A stretch of 64,000 nt of DNA from an uncultured virus (IMG/VR IMGVR_UViG_3300043438_001944) (Duplodnaviria > Heunggongvirae > Uroviricota > Caudoviricetes). The stretch's first letter is position 1. Each line of letters opens with the position of its first letter. The position numbers were made by a program, and so were the translations under genes. The notes below the pieces were generated by a model, which made no database searches, had not been told where the DNA came from, and was given only the letters and a program-made list of their open reading frames with translations. The stretch spans positions 1-64,000 of IMG/VR virus record IMGVR_UViG_3300043438_001944, one strand, 5' to 3'. This document shows positions 30,594 through 40,096 of this stretch, piece by piece.

Positions 30594-31835
30594 TTAAGCC
30601 ATTTCAGGTACTTCAGCCGCAACTTCCGCTTGATTTGCTTGCATTGCTGAAACCATAGATTTAGTTAATGAATTGTGAACATCTTCACCAAATCTGTCTT
30701 TTATTTCATTTTCATCTCTTAAATCGATAAAGTTACCTCTTACCATAAAACCTAAAACATTATCTAAATTGATAGTTCTCCAAGCTTTTTTTGCCGATAA
30801 TTCTTTATCTCCTGTTTCTCTTAATGATTTATTATAAGCATTTAAATCAATAACTCTTTTAACATCGTGAGTTTGATTTATCGCCATTTGTTTTTCTGTT
30901 CTTTCTTTTTCACTTGGAACGTAAGAAGACAAATATCTTTTAACTAACATATGTCTTACTGTACCATCATTTTTAACATAAGCAACACTTACATTAACAT
31001 TTTTAGCCAACGCCTTTCTGAATTCCTCAAATCTTGGTGAATTCTTCAATTCTTCATGGTCTAATTCCATGATATCGTCTTCATTTAAACCTAAAGCTTT
31101 AGGTTTGTGTTTTGGACCGATACCTGGTTGGTATGGAGTTTGTGGTTTTGGTTTACCTGGCTTTGTACCTGGCTTAGTTGTTGGTGATGGTTTTGTTGGT
31201 GCAACTGCAGGTCCCGAAGCTGTTATTGCTTCATAACTCATAAACTCAGGAACATTATTATGTCCCTTCTTTACGTTTGGACCATGTTGTATTTCAGATT
31301 CATTTAACTTAATGTTAATTAATTCCATAATTTCATTTTTTGATGTAAAATTATGAAAATTTCCTTCAGCTAACGAATTAACCCATTCTTTTACTTCTGA
31401 TGGTTTTTTTACTTCTTGATTTCCTCTTGATTCATGGCGTTTTCCTTCTTTATCGATTGAATACCCACCTTTCATTCTAGGCTCATTTTTTAATTCTTCA
31501 CCATCCGCATTAAAATGTTTCCAATCTTTTCTAGAAATTTTAGGTCCTTGTTTGTAATCTGCCTCTTTTGATTCTATTTTCTTACCCTCACTACTTTGAA
31601 CTTTAACAGCTCCCTTCTTTTGTGCCGCAGCTAAACCTGCTGGATTACTTATTAATGAATTCAAGGCATTTACGTCATTTTGATCTTTGGCGTTATATAC
31701 GGTTGCAACTTGTGTTGTAACTTCTGACACCACTCTTTCAAATAATTGTGAAAGTTGATTATCACTAAATTTAACCAATGTTTTTTCAGAAAACCCTTCT
31801 TTAATAAGTTTTTCTACAATGACATTTCTTTTCAT
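30594..31835 (-). CDS. Protein with Pro/Lys-rich linker and C-terminal WYL_2/SH3-like barrel
   Basis: VAYVKNDGTVRHM...VIDL...KAWRTINLDNV. Confidence 0.6.
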   Translation of the reverse strand: MKRNVIVEKLIKEGFSEKTLVKFSDNQLSQLFERVVSEVTTQVATVYNAKDQNDVNALNSLISNPAGLAAAQKKGAVKVQSSEGKKIESKEADYKQGPKISRKDWKHFNADGEELKNEPRMKGGYSIDKEGKRHESRGNQEVKKPSEVKEWVNSLAEGNFHNFTSKNEIMELINIKLNESEIQHGPNVKKGHNNVPEFMSYEAITASGPAVAPTKPSPTTKPGTKPGKPKPQTPYQPGIGPKHKPKALGLNEDDIMELDHEELKNSPRFEEFRKALAKNVNVSVAYVKNDGTVRHMLVKRYLSSYVPSEKERTEKQMAINQTHDVKRVIDLNAYNKSLRETGDKELSAKKAWRTINLDNVLGFMVRGNFIDLRDENEIKDRFGEDVHNSLTKSMVSAMQANQAEVAAEVPEMA

Positions 31836-32233
31836 ATGTTCTTGAATTTAATTTCTTCTTTAATTAACGGATAACTTCTTTGTTTAAGTTTTTTAGTAAC
31901 GGATTCTATTGACTCTCCAAATTTAAATGTTAATCTATCCACCTCAACATTTATGTCAAATTTTTCCCACGCTAACGATATTACACCATCCACAGCATCA
32001 ATAACTCCGAAATAATCGGAGTCTTGAACTAAATCTAATTGTAAATCTGTGTTCTTTAAAAGTCCCACCAAATCAACATATTCAACTGAAGGTGATTTTG
32101 GTAACGTTGTAGCAGCTGCGGGTATTATAAACCATTCATCCATGTCAATTTCATATGATTCACTAAAAACAAATTCATATTGTTTCTGACCTTTGTAATC
32201 GGAACCGATTTCATTGACATAGATAAGATGCAT
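31832..32233 (-). CDS. Hypothetical protein
   Basis: 133-aa ORF coupled to neighbours. Confidence 0.7.
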   Translation of the reverse strand: MHLIYVNEIGSDYKGQKQYEFVFSESYEIDMDEWFIIPAAATTLPKSPSVEYVDLVGLLKNTDLQLDLVQDSDYFGVIDAVDGVISLAWEKFDINVEVDRLTFKFGESIESVTKKLKQRSYPLIKEEIKFKNI

Positions 32234-32237
32234 TTTA

Positions 32238-33317
32238 TTATTTAAAATATTTACTCAATGTTTCACTAACCGCTTGGCTAATGTTATGTTTCATTTCTTC
32301 TAAATCAAGTTCTTTTTCTTCGTCAACATTCCCCATTTCTAAATCAGCGTGATCACCAAAATTGTGAACTCCACCATGATTTTCATCGGTGTTACCCTTT
32401 CCTGTTGATGTGTAAGATGATAAATCAACTTCATCATTTTGAACCGGACTATTAATAAATTCCTCTAATTTCTCCATGGCTTGGTCACCTTCACTCATTT
32501 CTTCATCAGGTACCTCTTCAGATGATGGTTCTTCGTCAGATGGGTTATTTAAAGAATCTCCATCTTCCTCTTCCTCACGTTCAAATTTCTTACCTATTTC
32601 TTCAATATCGTCATCATCTAATTTATCTAAATCAACCGCCGAAATAACCATATTCAAAACATATTTGATATCGTCACTTTCCATCTTATCGTGTAAATCT
32701 CTCAACTCTTGACCTAATTTACCCGCATATTTTTGAACTTCAGTCATATAATCTGAACGCTTTGATTCACCATTCTCATCTTTTTCTTCACCACCCATGT
32801 CGGATGTTGGAGCGTCTGATGGTGGCATATCTGAAGCTGGTTCCTCAGCTGGTGGGTTATCCAAAGAACCCATATCATCACTTGGAGGAGGGGTATCTGT
32901 TGGGGAGTCCATAGATGGTGCCGGCATTGGTGCTTCCGCTGGAGCAGGTGCTGGTGCAACATCCTGAGGTTTGTTTTGTTTTAAAACATATTTTGTTGCC
33001 TCATTCAATTCTTCCTGACCTTGTAATAAGTTCAGTCTTTTAGCTGCCTCAGCATATGATGAAAATTTATTTTTATTTTTCATGAACATTCCACCGATGT
33101 AATCAAGTGATGATTCATTTAATCCTCTCTTTACATAGTATCCGTCTCTTTCTTTGACGATACCATAAACACCACCATTGGTTGATTCTTTAACCAACTC
33201 GGCTTTGTTTGTATTGGATTTTTTATTTTTTTCGTTGTAGTACGTAAGTTCAAGGATTCTTTTTAGTTTCTCGTCACCTTGTAACTTTTCACTACCTAGA
33301 GGTTTTATTTCTGCCAT
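32238..33317 (-). CDS. Acidic, Pro-rich hypothetical protein, possibly head-associated
   Basis: 359 aa; EKLKRILEL and LNE motifs. Confidence 0.75.
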   Translation of the reverse strand: MAEIKPLGSEKLQGDEKLKRILELTYYNEKNKKSNTNKAELVKESTNGGVYGIVKERDGYYVKRGLNESSLDYIGGMFMKNKNKFSSYAEAAKRLNLLQGQEELNEATKYVLKQNKPQDVAPAPAPAEAPMPAPSMDSPTDTPPPSDDMGSLDNPPAEEPASDMPPSDAPTSDMGGEEKDENGESKRSDYMTEVQKYAGKLGQELRDLHDKMESDDIKYVLNMVISAVDLDKLDDDDIEEIGKKFEREEEEDGDSLNNPSDEEPSSEEVPDEEMSEGDQAMEKLEEFINSPVQNDEVDLSSYTSTGKGNTDENHGGVHNFGDHADLEMGNVDEEKELDLEEMKHNISQAVSETLSKYFK

Positions 33318-33387
33318 TGTTTTGATATTAAGATAAACTTATTCTTATCCTATAAATACATAGATATAGGGAAAAAAATAAGGTTCT

Positions 33388-34167
33388 TTATTGTGTTATG
33401 GACAATTTCTTGTCTGTTATATTCGTTTTTAGTTTTATTAATTTTCCAAAGTAACCATTTCTCCTCAATAATTTAAAGGTTAGGTTCTCATATGAGTACT
33501 CCCCACCTGATTCTAACCCACATTGTCTAAATTCTTTAATCTTCTTTCTTAGTGTGTCTATTTCACTTGTAACATCTTGTTTTTGACCTAATTTTATAAG
33601 TCTATCTATTTTTTTAGCGTATCCCTCGGACTTTTCTAATATTTTTCTATCGTCAATGTTAGGACTATTTCTTTCAGGTTTTATTAACCATTTGTCGTTT
33701 AATATTGAATAAACCCCCGATGATACATGTTCTTGATTTATATCCTGAACATATACCTCAACATCATACCCCTTGATTTTAATGTTATGTTTTTCATTCC
33801 ATACCCTTTCTTTCGCATCAAAAAACTCTTTAAAAATATTATGAATTGCAATTGAATTTGAGTTTTTACGATTACCAATTTCATCAAAATCTATAATAAA
33901 ATGTAAATCAACATCCGAATATTCTGACCAGTTATAATTTGCTAATGAACCTGTTAACACAATATCGTGTATGAAAAAATCAATAGACAACGATTCTATG
34001 AAATCATCTGATATTTCCAATAAACGACTTCTTATATCTTCTCGCATAGAAAAATCACCATCTGAACCCTCAAAAATTTGGTCAGATAGTGATTCCTTAG
34101 GTTCAAAAGATTTGACAATCTTTTTATCCGTTTCTAAATCTTCAATAAGTTCTTCAAATAAACTCAT
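33388..34167 (-). CDS. Nucleotidyltransferase (Pol-beta superfamily)
   Basis: LTGSLANYNW..YSDVDLH...DVEVYVQD. Confidence 0.8.
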   Translation of the reverse strand: MSLFEELIEDLETDKKIVKSFEPKESLSDQIFEGSDGDFSMREDIRSRLLEISDDFIESLSIDFFIHDIVLTGSLANYNWSEYSDVDLHFIIDFDEIGNRKNSNSIAIHNIFKEFFDAKERVWNEKHNIKIKGYDVEVYVQDINQEHVSSGVYSILNDKWLIKPERNSPNIDDRKILEKSEGYAKKIDRLIKLGQKQDVTSEIDTLRKKIKEFRQCGLESGGEYSYENLTFKLLRRNGYFGKLIKLKTNITDKKLSITQ

Positions 34168-34439
34168 TTTACTTTGTTGTAGTTGTACTTTCTTCCAATG
34201 CTTTCATTGAAAAATTTACCTTGTGATTCTGCAAGTCTAAACTTGGTGAATACATTCCAAGGAACTTTATTATACTCATAAATAGAGCCATTATTAAATG
34301 TTACAGATAAATCCTCCGATTCGGTATCATAAACTGCAGATTGTAAATTTGAAGACTGTATATCAACACTAATCTTCTTTCCTTCGATGTTTTCTTTAAT
34401 TATTCCCATGTTATTATAATTTATACTATAATATAACAA
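34164..34439 (-). CDS. KTSC domain protein
   Basis: SSNL.SA.YD.....L.V.F.NGSIYEY..VP......F..AES.GKFFN..I; true start is probably the internal MGIIKE. Confidence 0.88.
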   Translation of the reverse strand: MLYYSINYNNMGIIKENIEGKKISVDIQSSNLQSAVYDTESEDLSVTFNNGSIYEYNKVPWNVFTKFRLAESQGKFFNESIGRKYNYNKVK

Positions 34440-34483
34440 ATAAATACCAAATTAAAAAACCCCCGATTTTCGAGGGTTTAAAT

Positions 34484-34648
34484 TTAATTACCAGATTTTA
34501 ACTGATTCATAAGTCTATCCTTCAATCTGTCCTTTTTTGTTGTGTCCTTAACAATTGGTTCTTCTTTCTTATAACCAGGTTTTGATCTTTTTTCCATTAA
34601 AATATTGGCTTCTTCAATATTTTTACGTTTCATTTCTGCTTTGTTCAT
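34484..34648 (-). CDS. Small protein (54 aa) not in the ORF track
   Basis: MNKAEMKRKNIEEANILMEKRSKPGYKKEEPIVKDTTKKDRLKDRLMNQLKSGN; TATTTAT motif at 34663-34669 and a terminator at 34454-34479. Confidence 0.6.
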   Translation of the reverse strand: MNKAEMKRKNIEEANILMEKRSKPGYKKEEPIVKDTTKKDRLKDRLMNQLKSGN

Positions 34649-34702
34649 GTTTTTTCTTTATTATAAATAGTACAAAAAAACCCCGAATAATCGGGGTTCA
34701 AT

Positions 34703-35071
34703 TTAATTAAGAGAAATTAGACGTTCAATGGACTTCTTTTTGTCTATTGGTAATATCAATTCTAATATACCATTTTCAACCTTACCTTCAATATCCTTTT
34801 CTTTTACATCATCTGGAATATTATAAGATTTACTAAAACTATGTACAAAATAGTCTTTCTCATCATCTTCTGATTTCTCAAAAGATATTCTTAAAATACC
34901 TTCTTTAACTAAAATTTTTAAATCTTCTTTAGTTAATCCGGGAACACTCACCTGAACTTTATATTCGGTATCGGTTTTACTTACTTTAATTTCAGGTGTT
35001 TTTATGAAACGAGAAGTTTCAAATGCATTTTCAAAATCTTGAAAAATTGGGTTTTTAAATAATGTTATCAT
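34703..35071 (-). CDS. Small heat-shock protein (Hsp20)
   Basis: VPGLTKEDLKI, FSKSYNIPDDV...I.GKVENGILEL.LP; start at MITLFKNP. Confidence 0.92.
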   Translation of the reverse strand: MITLFKNPIFQDFENAFETSRFIKTPEIKVSKTDTEYKVQVSVPGLTKEDLKILVKEGILRISFEKSEDDEKDYFVHSFSKSYNIPDDVKEKDIEGKVENGILELILPIDKKKSIERLISLN

Positions 35072-35096
35072 AATATATTTTTTTTGTAATATATTA

Positions 35097-35168
35097 ATCA
35101 AATAATTTGCCATATCATAAATTTAGTCAATATGTCATAAAAAAATAAAATATATTGACACTTTGTCA
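35097..35168 (-). promoter_or_regulatory. Sigma54-like promoter plus two TGACA-N3-TG(T/A)C(A/T) sites upstream of hsp20
   Basis: Minus strand TGGCAA-ATTAT-TTGA at 35112-35098; sites at 35125-35137 and 35156-35168. Confidence 0.5.
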
Positions 35169-35172
35169 TCCG

Positions 35173-35204
35173 TTTGGATATTTGTATAATTAGTGTTATA
35201 TTTG
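35173..35204 (+). promoter_or_regulatory. Bacteroidota sigma70-type promoter for the clp gene
   Basis: TTTG-N20-TATATTTG. Confidence 0.7.
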
Positions 35205-35226
35205 TATAAATTAAACTTTATTAATC

Positions 35227-37245
35227 ATGGCAGTAGATTTCTTTGAAGATGGTCCGACCACAAATCCTAAAAAAGTTAGAAAAGGTTCTAATACCCCAAT
35301 TTTAGATAATTTTTCAAGAGACTTAATTAAACTCGCCGAAGAGGGTAAAATTGACCCTGTTGTCGGTAGAGATAAAGAAGTGAAAAGAATAGCACAAATT
35401 CTTTCTCGTAAAAAAAAGAATAACGCAGTAATTGTTGGTGATGCTGGTGTTGGTAAATCGGCACTCGTTGAAAAATTAGCACTATCCATTGTTAAAGGGG
35501 ATTGTCCAACAAATTTACTCGATAAGAGAATAATGTCTTTAGATTTAACTTCACTTGTTGCAGGTACAAAGTACCGTGGTCAATTTGAAGAAAGAATTAA
35601 AGCGATTCTAAATGAGTTACAAGAAGCTCCAAATGTGATTGTTTTCATTGATGAGTTACACACTATGGTTGGTGCGGGTAATGCAAGTGGTTCTATGGAT
35701 GCTGCAAATATTTTGAAACCTGCATTGGCGAGAGGTGAAATGCAATGTATTGGAGCAACCACATTTGACGAATATAAAAAATCGATTGAAAAAGATTCAG
35801 CATTAGTTAGACGATTCCAAAAAATTGTTTTAAAGGAACCAACTCAACCTGAAACAATTGATATTTTAAAAAATCTACAATCATCATATGAGGATTTTCA
35901 TAAGGTAAAATATGATGATGGTGTTGTTGAGGTAATCGTAAAATTATCTGCGAGATATATTACAGATAGACAATTTCCCGATAAGGCGATTGATGTATTA
36001 GATGAATTAGGTTCTGAAAAGAAAATATCAATGAGGATTCCCGAATCAATTGAAAAATTAAAAAGGGCGGCAGATGAAATTAAAGAAAAGAAAATTTTAG
36101 TTGTTAAGAGTCAAAATTACGAGGAGGCTGCGAAGTTAAGAGATGGTGAAAGGAAAGTAATTGAAAAACTTGAGGATGAAAAAAAGAAATGGTCTGAAAA
36201 ACAAAAGGACAATAAAATTCCTGTGAGTATTGATGATGTCTATTCTATAGTATCAAACATGACGGGGGTTCCAATTATGAAGTTAGACTCAAAAGAAACT
36301 GAGAAACTTTTAAAAATGGAAGATACATTATCTTCAAAGGTTATTGGTCAAGAAGAAGCTATTAGTGCTATTTCTAAGGCGATTAGAAGAAATCGTGTCG
36401 GAATTAAAGAAGGTAATAAACCAATCGGCTCATTTATTTTTATGGGTTCAACGGGAGTCGGTAAAACATTTTTAGCAAAGTCAATTGCGGAATTGTTATT
36501 TGATGATCCTGATAAAATTATTCGTGTTGACATGAGTGAATTTATGGATAGACACAATGTTTCTAAATTAATTGGTTCTCCTCCGGGTTATGTTGGTTAT
36601 GATGAAGGTGGACAATTAACTGAAAAAATTAAGAACAATCCTTTTTCTGTTATATTGTTTGATGAGATTGAAAAAGCACATAAAGATGTTTTCAATTTAC
36701 TACTTCAAATTTTAGACGAGGGTCATTTAACAGATTCATTTGGTCGTAAGATTAACTTCACCAATACTATCGTTATTATGACATCTAACATAGGTGCTAA
36801 GAAAGTATCTGAGTTTGGTGGTGGTGTTGGATTTAGTACAAATGGTAGTGAAGAACAAAAATATGAAGTAAGAAAAACCATGATTCAAAAATCGTTGAAA
36901 CAACAATTTAATCCTGAATTCTTAAATCGTATTGATGATATTATCTTATTTAACGCACTTAATGAAGAGACGTTGAAGAAAATTATCACTATTGAGTTAT
37001 CTAAATTAAATAACAGATTAGTAGATAAAGGATATAAGATTACGTTTGAAAAGACAATTGCAAATCGAGTTTATGAATTAAATAAACAAGAAGAATATGG
37101 TGCACGACCACTTAAAAGAATCATTCAAAATCTATTGGAGGACTTCTTAAGTGAGGAAATATTAAAGGGTAACATTAAAGAGAATGAACAAATAACTTTA
37201 AAATTTAAAGATGAAAATCTTACAATTGTAAAAAAAAGTTCATAA
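35227..37245 (+). CDS. ClpC/ClpA-like AAA+ ATPase lacking the N-terminal domain
   Basis: Two nucleotide-binding domains (GDAGVGKS and FIDELH; GSTGVGKT and FDEIEKAH), UVR-like YEEAAKLRD, VGF loop, GARPL. Confidence 0.93.
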   Translation: MAVDFFEDGPTTNPKKVRKGSNTPILDNFSRDLIKLAEEGKIDPVVGRDKEVKRIAQILSRKKKNNAVIVGDAGVGKSALVEKLALSIVKGDCPTNLLDKRIMSLDLTSLVAGTKYRGQFEERIKAILNELQEAPNVIVFIDELHTMVGAGNASGSMDAANILKPALARGEMQCIGATTFDEYKKSIEKDSALVRRFQKIVLKEPTQPETIDILKNLQSSYEDFHKVKYDDGVVEVIVKLSARYITDRQFPDKAIDVLDELGSEKKISMRIPESIEKLKRAADEIKEKKILVVKSQNYEEAAKLRDGERKVIEKLEDEKKKWSEKQKDNKIPVSIDDVYSIVSNMTGVPIMKLDSKETEKLLKMEDTLSSKVIGQEEAISAISKAIRRNRVGIKEGNKPIGSFIFMGSTGVGKTFLAKSIAELLFDDPDKIIRVDMSEFMDRHNVSKLIGSPPGYVGYDEGGQLTEKIKNNPFSVILFDEIEKAHKDVFNLLLQILDEGHLTDSFGRKINFTNTIVIMTSNIGAKKVSEFGGGVGFSTNGSEEQKYEVRKTMIQKSLKQQFNPEFLNRIDDIILFNALNEETLKKIITIELSKLNNRLVDKGYKITFEKTIANRVYELNKQEEYGARPLKRIIQNLLEDFLSEEILKGNIKENEQITLKFKDENLTIVKKSS

Positions 37246-37284
37246 ATAGTTGACTTTTTTGTAAAGTTATATATATTTATATTC

Positions 37285-37385
37285 TCAATAGGTTCTCTTT
37301 GTCGATTACCTTTTCGTTTTATTAAAGTAAGTGGGGTTGAACCCACTGAAAGACCTTAAACCCCGACATCTTGTTGGGGTTTTTT
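37285..37385 (+). ncRNA. Candidate small RNA
   Basis: Non-coding ~100 nt between TATTTAT (37274) and a terminator (37358-37385); hairpin gtggg-gttga-acccac. Confidence 0.4.
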
Positions 37386-37429
37386 ATTTAAATTTTTTTT
37401 TATCAGGGGATTTTCGTATATTTACTTAT

Positions 37430-37651
37430 ATGAAAAAATATACATTAATTATGGCTATCGGTGTTGTATCAACATTGATGTCATGTGGTTCAGGGTCAAC
37501 CACAAAAGAATCAACTGACTCTTTAGCGGCTCAAGTTGACACTGCTGCAGTATCTGCAACAGATTCTACAACTGCACAAATCCCAACAGTGGGAGGTGGT
37601 ACAGCAAAGGAAGATGCTGAAAAACCAGTATCTAACGAGGCTGTAAAATAA
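37430..37651 (+). CDS. Small lipoprotein
   Basis: MKKYTLIMAIGVVSTLMSC-GSGS lipobox followed by an Ala/Thr/Asp-rich tail. Confidence 0.75.
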   Translation: MKKYTLIMAIGVVSTLMSCGSGSTTKESTDSLAAQVDTAAVSATDSTTAQIPTVGGGTAKEDAEKPVSNEAVK

Positions 37652-37705
37652 GGAATTGGGGGTTGGTTTTAATCGGCCCCCAATTTTTAATTTAAAATTT
37701 GTGAT

Positions 37706-38134
37706 ATGGAAAATATAATAGATAAACAAGGAGACTTAATATTACTTAGAGGATTACCTGGTTCAGGAAAATCCACTTTGGGTAATGTAATATTACAATT
37801 ACCAAATAACAATCCACAAGAAGTTTTATCTGCTGATGATTTTTTTGTAAACAACGAAGGGGAATATACCTTCGATGGTACAAAATTAAAAGAGGCTCAC
37901 AATTACTGTCAATTTAGATGTTCTGAAAGAATGAGACAACAAATAGTTAGAATTGTTGTTGCAAATACATTTACCGAAGATTGGGAAATGAAACCCTATT
38001 TTGACATGGCGGAAAGATACAATTATAGGGTTCATACTTTAATTGTAGAAAATAGACACGAAAGTGAAAATGTTCACGGAGTCCCTGAAGATAAACTTCA
38101 AAAAATGAAGAATAGGTTTGAAATAAAATTATAG
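37706..38134 (+). CDS. P-loop polynucleotide-kinase-like protein (AAA_33/N4BP2-like)
   Basis: LILLRGLPGSGKST, SADDFF, EAH..CQ, VANTF, NVHGVP. Confidence 0.85.
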   Translation: MENIIDKQGDLILLRGLPGSGKSTLGNVILQLPNNNPQEVLSADDFFVNNEGEYTFDGTKLKEAHNYCQFRCSERMRQQIVRIVVANTFTEDWEMKPYFDMAERYNYRVHTLIVENRHESENVHGVPEDKLQKMKNRFEIKL

Positions 38135-38383
38135 ATGAGTCAATTTATTGAATCTTATTTTAAAACAACGTTATCACCAAAAAAAGTTAAAATGAAATTC
38201 TCTTCTCATACATTTAAAAATCAATGGGCAGTATACCCATTACCGTTTGCATACATTTATTTTGAAACATGTGAACCAGAATCACATAAATCATTATTCC
38301 AAAACAAAATATGTGCGGTGTATTTGTCTTTTAATTGGTTAAAGTGGACTTACAATATTGGATTTTATAAACCAATTAATTAA
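38135..38383 (+). CDS. Small hypothetical protein
   Basis: 82-aa aromatic-rich ORF in operon. Confidence 0.6.
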   Translation: MSQFIESYFKTTLSPKKVKMKFSSHTFKNQWAVYPLPFAYIYFETCEPESHKSLFQNKICAVYLSFNWLKWTYNIGFYKPIN

Positions 38384-39561
38384 TGTTGGAAATTTTAGAA
38401 AAATACCACAAAGACGGTTTGTTACATAAACAAATCCACCCAACCTACGACTTAACTATTTGGAATTATTCACCAAAGGTTCAATACGAAAAATTATGGG
38501 ATGATATTACTTTGCAATGTCGTGGGTTGGTAACCAATTCGAAAGGAGATATTGTTGCAAGGCCATTTAAAAAATTCTTCAACTACGAGGAGCATGAACC
38601 AGAAGAAATACCCAATGAAAATTATGTTGTTTATGAAAAGATGGATGGATCTTTAGGTATTCTTTTTTATTATGAAGAAGAATTAACCGATGAGAGAAGA
38701 TACAACATATGGTTTAATAACAATTATGAAACAGGAATGGAAAGGTTCTTTGACCCTAACAATTTACCTGATTTTGATAATTCATATTATGAACCGACAC
38801 CTAAAACAAAAGGTGAATGGATTTTAGCAACTCGTGGTTCTTTTACATCACCTCAGGCAATTAAGGGTAAAGAAATACTTGACAGACACGACATCAGTGC
38901 GTGGAGAAAAGACAATACATATTTGTTTGAAATTATTTATCCTGAAAATAGAATTGTGGTCGATTACAAAGGTGAGGAAAAATTAGTTGTTCTTGGTGCG
39001 ATTCATACTGAAACTGGAAATGAGGTTCCCGATAGTTCCTTGTTTTTTTTACAAGAAAGTGGATTTGAAATTGTAACAACATATAAGACATGGGGAGAAG
39101 GGTACGATTTACTTAAAGAAGAAATTAGTAAAGACAGAGAAGGTTATGTAATTCGTTTTAAAAACGGATTTAGAATGAAAATTAAAGGAGATGAATATAA
39201 ACGTCTTCATAAGATATTAACCAACATATCCAATAGAGATATATTTGAATATGTAAAAGAAGGGAAACCATTAGACGAAATACTTGATAAAGTTCCCGAC
39301 GAATTTTATAATTGGGTTAAAGAAACTAAAGAAGATTTTGAACATCAATTCAAAACAATTGATAAAGACTATACAAGAACATATAAAACCATTATAGACA
39401 TTAATGGAATTACCGATAAAAAGGCATTTGCGAACTACGCATTAAGTTATAAACACTCAGCGGTATTGTTTGCAATGTATGATAATAAGAAGTACGACCA
39501 TATTATTTGGAAAACACTATACCCAACATACTCAAAACCATTTAAGAAAGATGACAACTGA
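38383..39561 (+). CDS. RNA ligase 1 (T4 RnlA-like)
   Basis: CRGL, RPFKKFFN, EKMDGSL, ATRGSF, FEII..NRIVV, EGYVI, KIK. Confidence 0.92.
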   Translation: MLEILEKYHKDGLLHKQIHPTYDLTIWNYSPKVQYEKLWDDITLQCRGLVTNSKGDIVARPFKKFFNYEEHEPEEIPNENYVVYEKMDGSLGILFYYEEELTDERRYNIWFNNNYETGMERFFDPNNLPDFDNSYYEPTPKTKGEWILATRGSFTSPQAIKGKEILDRHDISAWRKDNTYLFEIIYPENRIVVDYKGEEKLVVLGAIHTETGNEVPDSSLFFLQESGFEIVTTYKTWGEGYDLLKEEISKDREGYVIRFKNGFRMKIKGDEYKRLHKILTNISNRDIFEYVKEGKPLDEILDKVPDEFYNWVKETKEDFEHQFKTIDKDYTRTYKTIIDINGITDKKAFANYALSYKHSAVLFAMYDNKKYDHIIWKTLYPTYSKPFKKDDN

Positions 39562-40024
39562 TAAAAAAAGATTATATCTTGATGATGTGAGAACACCACA
39601 TGCCGAAGATTGGATTATTGTTAGAAATTACGACCAATTTAAATCTACTATAAGATTATACGGATTAAATAATTTTGAGGTTATTTCTTTAGACCATGAT
39701 TTAGGGGATAGTGCAATGGTTGAATATTATAATAATGTGAAAGATAATTACATATTAAATTATGATAATATAAATGAAAAAACAGGAATGGATTGTTGTA
39801 AATTTTTAGTTAATGAAAGTATTGAAAAAAATATACCATTACCAACAGTATATGTCCATTCCGCAAACCCAATTGGTAGTCATAATATGATGGGTTACAT
39901 TAATAACTATTTAAAAAATTGTCATTTAGAACAATCATGTATACGAGTTGAAATTAAACATACAGTTGATGAAAGTTTTATGTTAAGTCCCGAGGCTAGA
40001 AGAGCGAAATGGAAAAGACCTTAA
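39551..40024 (+). CDS. Cyclic-phosphate-processing receiver-domain protein
   Basis: LYLDDVRTP, ISLDHDLG, TG.D, VHSANPIG; start at MTTDKK. Confidence 0.8.
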   Translation: MTTDKKRLYLDDVRTPHAEDWIIVRNYDQFKSTIRLYGLNNFEVISLDHDLGDSAMVEYYNNVKDNYILNYDNINEKTGMDCCKFLVNESIEKNIPLPTVYVHSANPIGSHNMMGYINNYLKNCHLEQSCIRVEIKHTVDESFMLSPEARRAKWKRP

Positions 40025-40096
40025 AAATTTTATTTGTCAATTAAATAAATTTTATTAATTTAGTGCTCAATAACTAACAATAAACAACTAACTAAC

